A DNA stretch of 64,000 nt from a virus. The position numbers and the translations under genes were made by a program. The stretch lies in the IMG/VR virus record IMGVR_UViG_3300010339_000002, positions 5,329 to 69,328 of that record; one strand, 5' to 3'. Positions within the stretch are counted from its first letter, which is position 1. Each line of letters begins with the position of its first letter. Under the pieces are notes generated by a model. It did no database searches, was not told where the DNA came from, and worked only from the letters and a program-made list of their open reading frames with translations. Positions 42,949-54,310 of this stretch are shown in pieces.

Positions 42949-45909
42949 TCATTTGTCCTCTCGTAATCCGGGTACCCAGAATTTAGATTTCTCGTAATCC
43001 TTCCTTGCCTTCCGTATCAATCTTTTCACGTGTGCAGCCAGTCTGTCCACATCAATCTCACGTTCTTCGGTGCTGTTAGCCGAGAAATCAGAGAGCCCGT
43101 AGTCCTTCGGTTCTTGGGAAATGGGGAACGTAAAAATGCAAACGTCGTAGCGATAATCCTTGTCCTTGCCATGGAGACGATTCTTTGCATCCTGCGTCAG
43201 ACGATACTGCTCGGAGTACACCTTGGTCAGGTTTTCCTTGCGCGCTTCGTCCGGCGCATTCCGGTAAAGCAAATACGCCGCATCATAGATGCCGACTGCA
43301 AGATACTTCAGTTTGTTCTCTTTCAGCGTCAAGGCGAAAGGTATGTAGCAACTGGGGTTCACTACCCTGCCGTTAACGCTGAGTTGCATTCTATGCCGCA
43401 ACGTGAGCCAGCGGGCGTATACGTCGTCCCAGACTCCCGGCGTCATAGGCTTCAACAGCATGGAGTTCTTCTCGTAATTCAAGATTTGCTCAAAAGCGGC
43501 TTGCTTCTCGGAGAACTTATCCACTGGAGTCGGGCGGTCAAACCATTCGCCTGCGCCGGACCACTCGTGCAGGATTGTTTCCGTCGCATTGACGGACAGC
43601 AGGCGCTTCCATTGCCGGGACTGTTCCTTGAACTTGTTCTTCTGCCGCACCAGTGCAATCCGATGAACCCATGCCATCGGCCAGAGGCGGTTATCTTCTT
43701 CCTCTGCCTTCGGGGCGCAGTACAAAGCTACCGTCTGAGCCTTCCCGCTTTGGACGAATCGCAGGGGCTCCAGCCCTTGGGCTTTGGCCCAGCTTTCGGC
43801 GATTTGCCAGTCGGCTTCGGCGTCGGGCATTGTGCTGATGTTGCGCGATACAGTCCAAATCTGGTTGAGCAACTTTGGAAATTCCACAGGATCGTCCGCC
43901 GATACCAGCGGCTCCCCGCGGTGCGCCGCCCGCCACGCGATTACGGCGGTGTCTATGGCCTTGGCGGCTTCCTTTGGCGTGGCGACCTTGCCGTCTTCAA
44001 GAGCTTTCGCCAGTTTCGCTCGTGTGGCAGCTTCCTGCTTCTCTTCCTCCAGCAGGTGCTTGATGGCGGTCTTGAAGAGCCGGATATACTTGAGAAAGTG
44101 CTGGCGGTTTTCCCGGTCGTGCACATACCACCCCAATTCATCCGCCTTCACGGCATCCAAGCAAATGTAACCCGTATGACCATAGCCCGTGAACTTACTC
44201 AGGTTGACGCTGGCTTGAAATTCCCGAACATGGGCATCAACCCAAACACCGCTCTGCCGCTGAGACCAAACGTCTTGTTTTACGCCACACTTGACAAAGA
44301 TATTCTTGCCTTCCCGGTAGGCGATCTTCACACCGTAAGGACCAGCCGGATCGGCAAGCCAGCGGTCGCGGTAATCGTTGCTGCGGTAATTCGATTTACA
44401 GACGCCGGGAGCCGTAGTCGTGTTCATCACGTCGCTCCACATGCAAATGACGCGGGAGCCGGACTGCAAATAGGCATTCTTTTGCTTGGCCCATATGCTG
44501 AACTCCGGCTTGTCCTCGCCCGGCAGCATCTTGCCGCTGCCTTCGGCGTCGTAGACGAAACGCATGTACTTCTGCTGGAACAACATGCTGATGAACCGCA
44601 TGCCCTTCGGCTCGTCGTAGAAGGTGCCGAAGAGATTCTCCCGATGGTCAAGCCCAGCGAGTAAAATCAAAAACCGCTTGTAGTGTACGGCAATCCTCTC
44701 GTGTTCCGAGAGCTTGTCCGTGTATTGGACATCGTTGTACGTAATGCGCCGACCCTCGTCCTGCCCCCACCACTTGGTATCCCGGAAGATGTCGTCGATA
44801 TCCTTCTCGCTCGGGAACAGCTTGGGAGATTGCATGTGGCTTTCCACCGGGGAATAGACTACATGGATGTTCTCGCCGTTGCGTATCAGTAAAAACACAG
44901 TCTTGTTCTGTTCATTCTTGACGGCATTTTCCCAAGCGTTTCCATAATCCTGCTCGCGGCGAGTCATTGCTACGCACACGATGCAACGCTCGGTCGGAAA
45001 AATCTGGTTCACGAGACTTTTGTACTTCCGCAGCGTCTTGAAGAATTCCTTGTCGCTGCTGGCGTCGAACTTTTCGTCCACGTCCGCCCACGCACTGAGT
45101 TCCTCGTCCACGTACAGCTTCCGCTGCATGATCGTCAGGGGCAGGTGTTCGCCATCCGGGCCGTCCGGCGCATCCTTGCCTTTGCTCACCTGCTCCATGT
45201 GCACGTCGGTGCCGACGTACAGGTCAAGGGACTTGATTCCGGTCATGAGCTTCGCCACATGCGTCTGAATGTCTTCAGTCGTTGCCAGCGCAGCGGCAGC
45301 TTGTTCTTGGTAAAACGGCGTCATAGCCTTGACCGTCTCGCCGATCTCTTCGACCTTCGCCTTGATGTGGTTCGCCTGAATCGTTGCGATTTCGTGCGCC
45401 TTCGCCATGCTGAGTTTCATCGTCTCCACCTTATCGGTGGTTAGGGTGGAGTCGAGCGCAGCATCCGGCGTCGGCGTCGGCGGAGGCAGGGTATCAGCGG
45501 CACCGGGGAGGAGTTTTTGTTTTTTCTCCCATTCCCGCAACCCGGCATCCACAACTTCTTTCATCGCTTCGGGGTTGACGCTGATCTCAGCCAACTCATG
45601 CTGGAGTTTCGTGACCTTGCCTTGAACCTCTGCAAGTTCCGCGTTGCGGATACGCTTGTAGTCCGGGCAGTACTCGAACTTTTCTAGGAATTCCTGTACG
45701 AGGAAGCGATCTTCCGAGTCACTTCGGGGGTTAGCAGCATACCACCGGGGGTGGGGGCGCAGGATAATCGTGTGGGCAGCATTGTCCACGTCACGCACGG
45801 ACTGAATCAATAACACATCGCCCTTGCGGATGTCACGATCCTCCATGGCTACGAGCGCACGCCAGTATTGCCCGGCTTGCAGCGTCACGATTTGTTCATC
45901 ATCATTCAT
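42949..45909 (-). CDS. large hypothetical protein, 986 aa
   Basis: longest ORF; N-terminal coiled coil; no recognisable catalytic motif. Confidence 0.85.
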   Translation of the reverse strand: MNDDEQIVTLQAGQYWRALVAMEDRDIRKGDVLLIQSVRDVDNAAHTIILRPHPRWYAANPRSDSEDRFLVQEFLEKFEYCPDYKRIRNAELAEVQGKVTKLQHELAEISVNPEAMKEVVDAGLREWEKKQKLLPGAADTLPPPTPTPDAALDSTLTTDKVETMKLSMAKAHEIATIQANHIKAKVEEIGETVKAMTPFYQEQAAAALATTEDIQTHVAKLMTGIKSLDLYVGTDVHMEQVSKGKDAPDGPDGEHLPLTIMQRKLYVDEELSAWADVDEKFDASSDKEFFKTLRKYKSLVNQIFPTERCIVCVAMTRREQDYGNAWENAVKNEQNKTVFLLIRNGENIHVVYSPVESHMQSPKLFPSEKDIDDIFRDTKWWGQDEGRRITYNDVQYTDKLSEHERIAVHYKRFLILLAGLDHRENLFGTFYDEPKGMRFISMLFQQKYMRFVYDAEGSGKMLPGEDKPEFSIWAKQKNAYLQSGSRVICMWSDVMNTTTAPGVCKSNYRSNDYRDRWLADPAGPYGVKIAYREGKNIFVKCGVKQDVWSQRQSGVWVDAHVREFQASVNLSKFTGYGHTGYICLDAVKADELGWYVHDRENRQHFLKYIRLFKTAIKHLLEEEKQEAATRAKLAKALEDGKVATPKEAAKAIDTAVIAWRAAHRGEPLVSADDPVEFPKLLNQIWTVSRNISTMPDAEADWQIAESWAKAQGLEPLRFVQSGKAQTVALYCAPKAEEEDNRLWPMAWVHRIALVRQKNKFKEQSRQWKRLLSVNATETILHEWSGAGEWFDRPTPVDKFSEKQAAFEQILNYEKNSMLLKPMTPGVWDDVYARWLTLRHRMQLSVNGRVVNPSCYIPFALTLKENKLKYLAVGIYDAAYLLYRNAPDEARKENLTKVYSEQYRLTQDAKNRLHGKDKDYRYDVCIFTFPISQEPKDYGLSDFSANSTEEREIDVDRLAAHVKRLIRKARKDYEKSKFWVPGLREDK

Positions 45910-47412
45910 GCTCAGGAGCTTTCTTATGAACCTGATCCAATGGTAACTCGACGATCCTGCCGTCGATGTTCACCCCGGCGAAGGAATACGGATGCTTCTC
46001 ACTGCCATGGTCCACAAGGTAGTGGATGCGTCCCTCCACAACTACAAGATCGTCGATTTTGAGATTGTCCATTACGGGCACCTTTCACGGGACTTTTCTG
46101 TTGTTCGTTCTATCCGTTCCTCCCACTAATGCAGCCGCCCCGCCCGCGTACAGACGACCCAAATGCCAAAACCAACCTTCACCGCAAAGAAAATTGCAAT
46201 CAGAATCAAGAATCGCAGCCGATGATTGCTGCGCACGATCATTTTCTTATCGCTCCTAATTCCACCACCTTGCGTCCGTTCTCGGTGATGCGATATTCGT
46301 TGTTCCGCCATGCCCAAGCCGGGTCGCCAACAGCCTTGATCCAGCCCCAATCGGCGAACTTGCACATGGTGTCAGTGCGGACCCCTTCCCGACCCCTTAT
46401 GTCATCGCCTATGATGAGCGATGCGCTGGATGGTCCCCTGATGCCGGAGAACCAGCGGATTTCCGCACCCTCTTGACAGAGCTTCCTGAGAAGTTCCATC
46501 TGCTTCGCGGTCGGCTTGGGTCCGAGGGACTCAGGCATAGACCACCTTCCTTCCTGAGCAATACGGGCATTCCTTCATCGGGATGGTGCCATTGGTGTAC
46601 TGCTCCGTGGTGAAGGGCGTGACGGCGACCCGCTTGGTGTCGAGGCACCAGTTGCAGGCGGGCGACTTCGCAAGAAATGCCAAACGCTTGCTCTTGAATG
46701 CCGCCTTTTGGTCAACCGCCATTTTTCCAGTCCTTTTCGAAGACGGCCAATGCCTCTTCGAGCGAAGTCGAATACATCGGCCCAGATTCCCATGTCAGGC
46801 GCTTGCGCATCCACGAACCTTCGTCCCGCTTGTCCAGCAAAATCAGGTTGCAGCCCCGACGATACGAGAACATCTTATCATAACGCTCGGTCGCCGCCTT
46901 CGAGAACTCCGCGATTCGCCGGAGTTCCTCGGTCGTGTATTTCTTGGGCTCGCCGCAGACCGCAACGACGCTCTTGAGGTCGGGCTTGTCTTTGGTGGGT
47001 TGGTCGAGCGCCCACATCATAGAGTTGGCGACGGAGCAGATGCCGAACCCGTAGCCCCCGGAGTTCCACTCCAGTTGGTTGATTAGGGCCTTCCGCTCTT
47101 TGGCGGCGGCTGTCTTGATGCTGCCTAGTTTCGCTCTCAATGCCATCAGATGCTTGTTCATCGCTTCCCCTCAAAAATTGGAATATCCGATGCCCGGTTC
47201 CACGTTGGGGTATACGCGCTGGAACTCGCGCCCCGCCTCGAACGCTTGCAGGAGTAGCGCCTGAAACGCTTGCAGGCGGTTCTCAGCCGCTATCTCCTCC
47301 GGCGTGGGGCGATCTCCTGCCGGGAGCGGAAAGAGGCTCTCAACGGTCGCCAGCGAGTCGGGGGCGTTCTTGCGATACCAATCGAGAATGGCTAGGACGT
47401 TCTTTGGGTGCT

Positions 47413-47721
47413 TCATACTGCCTCCCTGCTGTGGCGTATGATCTTTTGAATAGCTTCTTGGGCACTTTGGATGACTTCCTTATGCTGCTCTATTTGTTTC
47501 ATGAAAAGCGTGCTTTCAGCGCCCATCACGAAGAGGTCGGTGCGGAGGGGGAATTCCTTGTAGGCGAATTCGACATAGCCCCCGCCGCTCGGGATTGGAG
47601 TGCGCGCTTTGTGGGCCTCGGCTTCTACGAGGTCCGTGGTAACGCCAACGGCGGTTTCAGCCTCGAACTTCGGGGCCTTTTTGATTTCCAGCAAGACGTA
47701 GACCGATAATACAGTTTCCAT
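47413..47721 (-). CDS. hypothetical protein (leaderless)
   Basis: ATG 6 nt after TATACT (METVLSV). Confidence 0.65.
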   Translation of the reverse strand: METVLSVYVLLEIKKAPKFEAETAVGVTTDLVEAEAHKARTPIPSGGGYVEFAYKEFPLRTDLFVMGAESTLFMKQIEQHKEVIQSAQEAIQKIIRHSREAV

Positions 47722-47727
47722 ACCCCC

Positions 47728-47756
47728 AGTATACAGGAGGCCGGGGGTTTTCGCTA
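47728..47756 (-). promoter_or_regulatory. repeated phage promoter
   Basis: TAGCGAAAACCCCCGGCCTCCTGTATACT-N6-ATG. Confidence 0.85.
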
Positions 47757-48129
47757 CCTCAGTTAACCGAAGTTTCGGGGGAAACAAGCCCCTTGTTTCT
47801 GGCTACTTCCAACTGGCCGTCGGCGGCGAATCCGATCCAATCCATGCCCGAGTTCTTGGCGCAGCCCGGATCGTTGCACTCCGCAGCATGCTTATCCATG
47901 AGGCATAGGGGGCACGGGGCGTCCTCGTACATCATGCTCATGCCGAACGCTTCAAGGGCGTTGTTCCAGATGGCAAAGTTCGCCGCTATCAGCGGATCGT
48001 AGGCGTCGGAACCCTCAAGCTCATCCGTAACGATTGGTGCTGCTTTCGCGCCGCTGCCAGCAACGAGATGTCCAAGCCCCCGCGCTTCGATTGCTTCCTT
48101 CAGCCCATCCCAATGCTCTTGGCAGATTT

Positions 48130-48453
48130 TCATCGCTTAGCCCCCAGAATAATTGCTATGATGGCGAACGCAAATGCCAGCGCCCGCCGTACAGTCAGCG
48201 GCTCTTGGAAAAACCAAATGCTCACGGCGAGGCATGCAAGCAGCATACCTGTCTCCCAGATCAGTGCAAGCTGCCCGAAGTCCGTAACCCGAAAAGCGAT
48301 GGCACAAGGATATGCCGCAATTGCGTAAAGCACCGTTCCGAGGAACAGGTTCCACCAGAACCGCTCGGTCGCGCTGCGCTTCAGGAACACATCCGCCAGC
48401 AGCACGGACCCGATCCCGCCGGAAACAACCGCTGTCAGTACCCACCATTTCAT
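48130..48453 (-). CDS. SMR/DMT-family small membrane transporter
   Basis: 107 aa, four hydrophobic helices, FFQEPLT. Confidence 0.65.
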   Translation of the reverse strand: MKWWVLTAVVSGGIGSVLLADVFLKRSATERFWWNLFLGTVLYAIAAYPCAIAFRVTDFGQLALIWETGMLLACLAVSIWFFQEPLTVRRALAFAFAIIAIILGAKR

Positions 48454-48592
48454 TTTTTAGGCACCACCCAGATGATGTCATGACGCTTGTAATGGAGAAA
48501 ATCGCCATAGATAGCAAGAACCAAATTGTGCACGATAATCATGGTTGCAAGCAATAGGATCAACGACAGCAGAGTCGAAATCCCGTAGATGA

Positions 48593-48874
48593 TCAGTCGT
48601 CGCCGCATGAATCGGCCAATTCCGCGATCACGTCGCCGTGGCACGCTTTCGGCTTGCACCAGCATCCGAGCGTTTTTCCGCGGACTTCATGTAGCTTAGC
48701 CAGCAGTTCGGGCTTTTGCAACAAATATCGCCGGAACCTTTCGATCACGCACTTGCGCCCGCAGCCAGACTCAACCTTGAAGGGGTTACACCAAGGGGAC
48801 TCGGGGAACTCAGCAAACGCACGGCCTATATAAAGATCAAACGCATCCTTGCGAACGTGGACTACTCGGGTCAT
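48593..48874 (-). CDS. DUF4326-family protein
   Basis: YIGR...SPWCNPF...GKTLGCWCKPKACHGDV. Confidence 0.85.
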   Translation of the reverse strand: MTRVVHVRKDAFDLYIGRAFAEFPESPWCNPFKVESGCGRKCVIERFRRYLLQKPELLAKLHEVRGKTLGCWCKPKACHGDVIAELADSCGDD

Positions 48875-50212
48875 GGGTTGTCGGGCGTGCGCTGCCCGAA
48901 AAGCTTTCTGCCGATCAGTTCGCAATGCATGAGGAGCAATTTCATTAGCGAATCGCATTTAGCCTCAGGCGCGCCTGCCGCCTTCATCGCTTCTGCCGCC
49001 CGCGTAGCTTCTTCCAGCACCACATCATCAAACTGCTTTCGTGTTACGGTTACCATATGGGCTCCTTATTCGACTATTCCACCCGGCCCGATAACAATCA
49101 GCCCGGAACGCTTGCCGAATGTGACGTTTTTCTTTTCGCTCATGTCGGGATACGGCCCGTTGAATTTACGGAATTTGCCGTGGGAGAAAGTGAAAGCGCA
49201 ATCGCTTGTACCACTGTCGTCCCAAGGCCACGGCCATCCGTTTTCGGGGAACGAGGCATCATCGCGTGTTTTCAGCCAAGCCAAGACGGCTTTGCGATAT
49301 CCCTTCTCGCTTCTGGCCTTCTTCACGGAGTCTTCGACTTCGTCGCCGTCCCAAGCGATGGAGCCGATCCACTCCGCCTTGCGTCCCGTCCCTACGTAAT
49401 AGTCAGCGCGTGTCCCCATCGTTGTCTCCTAGAAAATGTACCCCAATTTTTAGCTAGTGCTAAGAATCATCTTCATCTTTTGCCAACTTTCCAGTCGCCC
49501 ACGCCAAGGCAATGAGTGCCAAAGCAGCTATAACTGTTCCTACTTTCACTCGCAACTCCCGGCTGGGGCCGGGCTCGGGTTTAACATCGAACGGTCCCCA
49601 CCCGAAGAGCCGCGCCAATTCATCTTCCTTTTGACTCAAGGATGTAGCATGGTACGGCGGCTTCCCGGCAGCGGAACACACACCGCTGTGATGCATTGTC
49701 TGGGTACCGCAGATATGACATCTCGGTTGGTTCAGGGTTTGGGGGGTAAACTCTTTGTCGGACTCGAAGTCGGCTTTTGTCGGCTTGTAGACTGCGTGGC
49801 GCTCTATGTTCGCCCGCACCTTGGCGGGATCGCAATGCCAACGGCTTCCATTGATGTACTTGTTTTCCGAGACCGCAGGATTAGCGTGCTCCCATCCGTA
49901 GATAACGCGCTGCCTGACCCCCGCCCACGGCTTGGTCAGTTTGATCGGTTGGCAGCAGTAGTAGCAGAGCGGTTGCCAATCCTCGCCCCTCCACGGATAA
50001 TCTGGATTCGACGGCGGGATGAGTTTGTTGTATTCCCTTATGGACGGTACGTCGGTGCCGCTGCCATGGCAAAAAGCGCAGAAGCCCGTAACCCGGCCTC
50101 GATGAAGGTCGTCCTTAGCCGCCCAGCCCGTTCCCCCGCATCGCATACAGCAACCCATACAATCTCCTAAATGTGGTGTTCTCCAAAATATATAATACCA
50201 GACTCCTTAAGT

Positions 50213-50731
50213 ATGGCAACAACAAAAGAACTTTATCAACAAAGAAAAGCAAACAACCTTTGTGTGGGCTGCGGAAAACTGCCCCCGGAACAAAACCGAG
50301 TAAGGTGCACCGCTTGCTTGAAATTAGCGGCAACTCAAGGGATGAATCACTTCAATAGCCTGACTCTGGCACAACGCAGAGAAAAATATAGGCAGATGAA
50401 TTGTTATCTGTCCCGCAAAACCAACCGAGATAGATGGAATAAACTTGAACGTGCCAGAAACTTCCAATTAAAGACCGAAACCATCAATGCCTATGGTGGA
50501 AAGTGCGTTTGTTGCGAGGAGACAGAAGTGAAGTTTCTCACTCTTGACCACGCTAATGGAGATGGTAAAAACCACAGGGCCAAGCTTGGAGTCGGTGCCG
50601 GAGTTCAGTTCTATGCCAAGCTCAAGAAAATGAGTTTTCCACCTTGTGGGCTTCAGGTTATGTGCGCCAATTGCCACCAAGCAAAGAGTAAATACGGAGT
50701 TTGTCCGCATCAGCAAAAGGGTCAAATATGA
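50213..50731 (+). CDS. HNH homing endonuclease, antisense to flanking genes
   Basis: YGGKCVCC...LTLDH.NGDG..H...LQVMCANCH; TATAAT at 50191. Confidence 0.85.
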   Translation: MATTKELYQQRKANNLCVGCGKLPPEQNRVRCTACLKLAATQGMNHFNSLTLAQRREKYRQMNCYLSRKTNRDRWNKLERARNFQLKTETINAYGGKCVCCEETEVKFLTLDHANGDGKNHRAKLGVGAGVQFYAKLKKMSFPPCGLQVMCANCHQAKSKYGVCPHQQKGQI

Positions 50732-51909
50732 CAATCAACGACAGTCAGTAGCGTACTATCCGGTAGGCTGTCGATCAAGTCCGAAAATTGCTCCAACCAC
50801 TGGTCTTCGTCTTTTTCGTCGTGAACCGCTCCCCACCAGCCCATCTCGCCGCGTTCGTACCATTGCCCATCCTTCACGACGGCGAACGTGGAAAAAGCCC
50901 CCTTGCGGGCGCGCTCGATGTATTTCTCGCGGGTGCAAAGGAAATCGTCCGCATCGAACCAACGGGCGTCCCTGTCCTTGCTGTCGCGCAGCGCCTTGAT
51001 CGCTGGCTGTTCGCCGTATTCCTTGCGGGCGGCTCCCCAATCGACGGCGGGCAAGCCCTCATCCATCCCGCCCGTACGGTTGCGATCCTGCACTTCCTTC
51101 CATGAAAGATGCGCCGGGCATCCTTCGGTGACGCTGGCGAACAGATCGTACTGTTCCGCCGCTTTGGCTCCCGCCTCGTCCTTCATGCCTTCGATGTCGA
51201 TGTCGCCTTTCATGCACAAGTCGGCGCGGTCTTCCTCCGGTTCCTCGTAATCCGGGTCCATGCGGTTGAGCCCCGGCTCACCAACGGCACCCGATGCTCC
51301 GGCTTTCAGCTTGAAGAAACCGTTCCAGCGCCCGCCGACTTTATACCAGTCCCAGTGTTTGTTCGGGTTGGTACGGTCGATCACCTTGACGGCCTCCCCC
51401 TTTTCGTCAAGCTGGGTCCAGCCGTACTTGTGTTCTTCCTTCAAGTCCGGGGTCTCGCCATGGAGCAGTGGCTTGTGCCCGTAATACCCCTCGACGAAAT
51501 CGCGGAAGCTCTCCACGGTGTTTGCGTTGACCCGGACTTCTTTCCAGCCCTCCGGCAGGAAATGAACCTTGGAGCGGTAGCCCAGCCCATCGTTCCAGTC
51601 TTGCGATGTCCAGCTAATCCCGCTGCCGCCACCCATGCCGAGCGGTCCCTTGCCATTGAAGTTGCCGTGCTTCTTGAGTTCCTCTTCCGTGAATTCCCGG
51701 TAAAACTGATCCTGATACGGATTGTGAAGGTTGCCTTCGGGGTCTTGGTACCGCAGCTTCGTGTAGGATTCGTATTCCTTCCGCGCCTCGTCGGTTTGAT
51801 CGATATTTTGCACGTACTTGTTGTCATCCCCCGTGCATTCGAACTCGTGGAACGGAGCAAGCTGCTCCTCCGTGTTATCACCAACTACCAGAACAGTGAA
51901 ATGTGACAT
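50722..51909 (-). CDS. conserved phage-type hypothetical protein
   Basis: MSHFTVLV...NP..HWDWY.VGGRW...GEMGWWG...TVVDCHI pattern. Confidence 0.8.
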   Translation of the reverse strand: MSHFTVLVVGDNTEEQLAPFHEFECTGDDNKYVQNIDQTDEARKEYESYTKLRYQDPEGNLHNPYQDQFYREFTEEELKKHGNFNGKGPLGMGGGSGISWTSQDWNDGLGYRSKVHFLPEGWKEVRVNANTVESFRDFVEGYYGHKPLLHGETPDLKEEHKYGWTQLDEKGEAVKVIDRTNPNKHWDWYKVGGRWNGFFKLKAGASGAVGEPGLNRMDPDYEEPEEDRADLCMKGDIDIEGMKDEAGAKAAEQYDLFASVTEGCPAHLSWKEVQDRNRTGGMDEGLPAVDWGAARKEYGEQPAIKALRDSKDRDARWFDADDFLCTREKYIERARKGAFSTFAVVKDGQWYERGEMGWWGAVHDEKDEDQWLEQFSDLIDSLPDSTLLTVVDCHI

Positions 51910-52954
51910 GGTTCTCCCTCAGGTATAATTGCCTACGGTGTCAGATACTCAGGAGCTTAGCATAAGCCCATACGTCGAATACCAGCAACAGTAGGTCAAA
52001 GCAAAACAGTATTGCAACAACCAGACGCATCAGTCCCTCTCAGCCCATCCCCAAAAGAACCACCACTCTCGTCCCCAAGAATTCAAGTGCCCCGTGCATG
52101 AAAATCTATCATCCACAAGACCGTAGCAAAGCACTCGAATTCGGCCAAACCACGCGCACCTAATACGAAATGGTACCTTGATCACCCGCTGCTCCTCAAA
52201 TTCAGCGTCCCAACCCCTTGAGCCTCGCGCGCGACCGCGACCCCGAGGCGAATAGCTTCGGCACCGGAGCTACAAAGCGGAAGAGCCGGATGTCACTGTG
52301 CTTCATGTAATTCGCAATTTTCGTGATGCCCTCGGCTTCCCGCGCTTCCTTGGTAGCTTCCAAGCAAAACATCCCCGAGGGATTGAAAATATTGACTGGC
52401 GCGGACTCCGCTTTCCGATATTCCCGGACAGGAAACGCATCAATGGCGATTCGGCGCATTTGCGGCGTTGCTTTTGGAACCGGAGCATCCGGCGGGGTTT
52501 GAGCCTTCAAACCCATGGCGAGCAGAGAAGCCAAGATTAGTATGCTGGCCCTCACGGATGGTCATCTCCCAAGAATCCGCTGACCCAGCCCTGTGTCTTG
52601 CCGTCCGAATAGCCAAGAAAGTACGCCCCCACAGCAACCGCAGGAATCACGATCAGCAGGAAAAAATTCGCCACGACCCGAACGGTGAATGCGTCCAGTA
52701 ATCCTGTTAGAACATGCATCCAAACTCTCCTTCAACCATTCTATGGGAATGCGGGCATCTTGCAAGGAAATTCGGCGTCCCATCACACCACCTCAAGGTG
52801 CCGACTGTGCCATTCTGCATGTTCGGGGCAGAGCCAGAGCTTTACCAACACCGACTTGCCTTCCTCAACAACACTGTAGGCTATGAAATTGTGGGCGATC
52901 CTGCCGCAAAGCTCGTAGCGGCCCGTCCCGCCGATTTCCTGCTGGCAGTAATGT

Positions 52955-53224
52955 TCAGTCACGGGGGTCGTCCTCATAGAACGCCAAGGCCGTTTCGCTG
53001 CCTGCGGGAACTTCCGTGAATCCGGCGTCCGTAACCGCGTAGCAATCCGGATGGGCGGCCTTGGCCTCCTCGAACTTCGCATCGCTGACATCCAGCGTCA
53101 CGCACGAGAAGTACTCCGTGGAGCAGAGCTTGTACAGGCCGAGGGCGGCGTGCACGCACTGGGCACGGGATTTGCCGCAAGTCATTTTCAGGTTGCGCCT
53201 GACCAGAATCTTAATCCTCTTCAT
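52955..53224 (-). CDS. peptidyl-tRNA hydrolase 2
   Basis: ILVRRNLKMTCGK..AQCVHAA...DAGFTEVPAGSETALA. Confidence 0.9.
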   Translation of the reverse strand: MKRIKILVRRNLKMTCGKSRAQCVHAALGLYKLCSTEYFSCVTLDVSDAKFEEAKAAHPDCYAVTDAGFTEVPAGSETALAFYEDDPRD

Positions 53225-53497
53225 CGTAGAAATCTCCGTAATCAAAATCGTCAGGCTTTCCCCGTCTCACCCAGTCGTCATACCCCGCTTTGTAGGCCAC
53301 CGCTTCGTCATAGTGGTCGGCGCAAACAAATTCCGCGTAGTTATAGATCGTGCCTTTCACCAACCCGCCCGGGTCGTACGAGGGGTTGCGGAACTTGGCA
53401 AGCTTGAAGCAGCCGATCCGGCATTTCTCGCAGCTTACGCTACAATCGCACGGACCCTTGAAGATTTGGACATCGCAGAAATGTTCTTCCACGCGGA

Positions 53498-53854
53498 TTA
53501 CCCGCTTCCGGCACAAATACAGTCGCTAGACAGCGCCTTGATGACCTTTAAGTAGCTCTTACCCCCCACATCCGGCTGCAAGGCTTTCAACAAGGTGACG
53601 GGCTTGCTAAGGATAAAAGCCATGCCAAGATCAAAATGACTGCCCTTTGAGTCAACATCCCACACAATGCCAACCGCATCGCACTCGCGCATTGCCTTGG
53701 CGTGGGCATTGCAGATATCGATACCCACAGGGTCGGATTGGTCAACATCTCTCGGCGGAAAGTGGACGGTATGCCCCCCATCTTCTAGCTGTCGTACAAT
53801 TCCTGCGGAATCAAAGGACGCGTTCCGAACTGGGCAAATCAAATATATTTTCAT
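53498..53854 (-). CDS. nucleoside 2-deoxyribosyltransferase-like protein
   Basis: KIYLICP...HFPPRD...CDAV...SKGSHFDLGMA. Confidence 0.7.
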   Translation of the reverse strand: MKIYLICPVRNASFDSAGIVRQLEDGGHTVHFPPRDVDQSDPVGIDICNAHAKAMRECDAVGIVWDVDSKGSHFDLGMAFILSKPVTLLKALQPDVGGKSYLKVIKALSSDCICAGSG

Positions 53855-54017
53855 TCGCTGTGCTCCATGGAAAGTACGTGGTGAAGATTAATGTTGGCAC
53901 TCGGCTACTTTTACCGTCAGTTAACGCCATTCACCCTTGCGGGTCTTCATCCCTGACAGTTTTATTTCACCCCGCGGCGTTGCCGCTCGCGGCACCACAA
54001 GGACTAATACTGAAGAA

Positions 54018-54109
54018 TGGCGGACGGAGAGAGAGTTGAACTCCCAACGGGCTTTTAGACCCGTAACCGTTTTCGAGACGGCCGGACTTGCCAATGTACC
54101 AACCCGTCC
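54018..54109 (-). tRNA. tRNA-Ser(CGA)
   Basis: GCCGT-CT CGA AA-ACGGT; long variable arm; G73 CCA. Confidence 0.9.
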
Positions 54110-54114
54110 AAATC

Positions 54115-54208
54115 TGGAGGAGAGGAGCGGAATCGAACCCCTAATCCGCCATCTCTGACGGATAGCTGTTTTCAAGACAGCCGGACCTGCCAATGTACCA
54201 ACCTCTCC
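54115..54208 (-). tRNA. tRNA-Ser(TGA)
   Basis: GCTGT-CT TGA AA-ACAGC; long variable arm; U73. Confidence 0.88.
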
Positions 54209-54213
54209 AAAAC

Positions 54214-54303
54214 TGGCGGAGACGGTGAGATTCGAACTCACGGCACCCTTTCGAGTACACATGCTTTCCAAGCATGCGCCTTAGGCCGCTCGGCCACGTC
54301 TCC
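54214..54303 (-). tRNA. tRNA-Ser(GGA)
   Basis: CATGC-TT GGA AA-GCATG; long variable arm; G73. Confidence 0.92.
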
Positions 54304-54310
54304 TAAAACT

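Noticed and set aside
43030-44664. Long plus-strand ORFs (544 aa here; also 19519-20376, 26131-27105, 41645-42631, 51109-51906)
   Set aside because: Antisense shadows of GC3-rich minus-strand genes.
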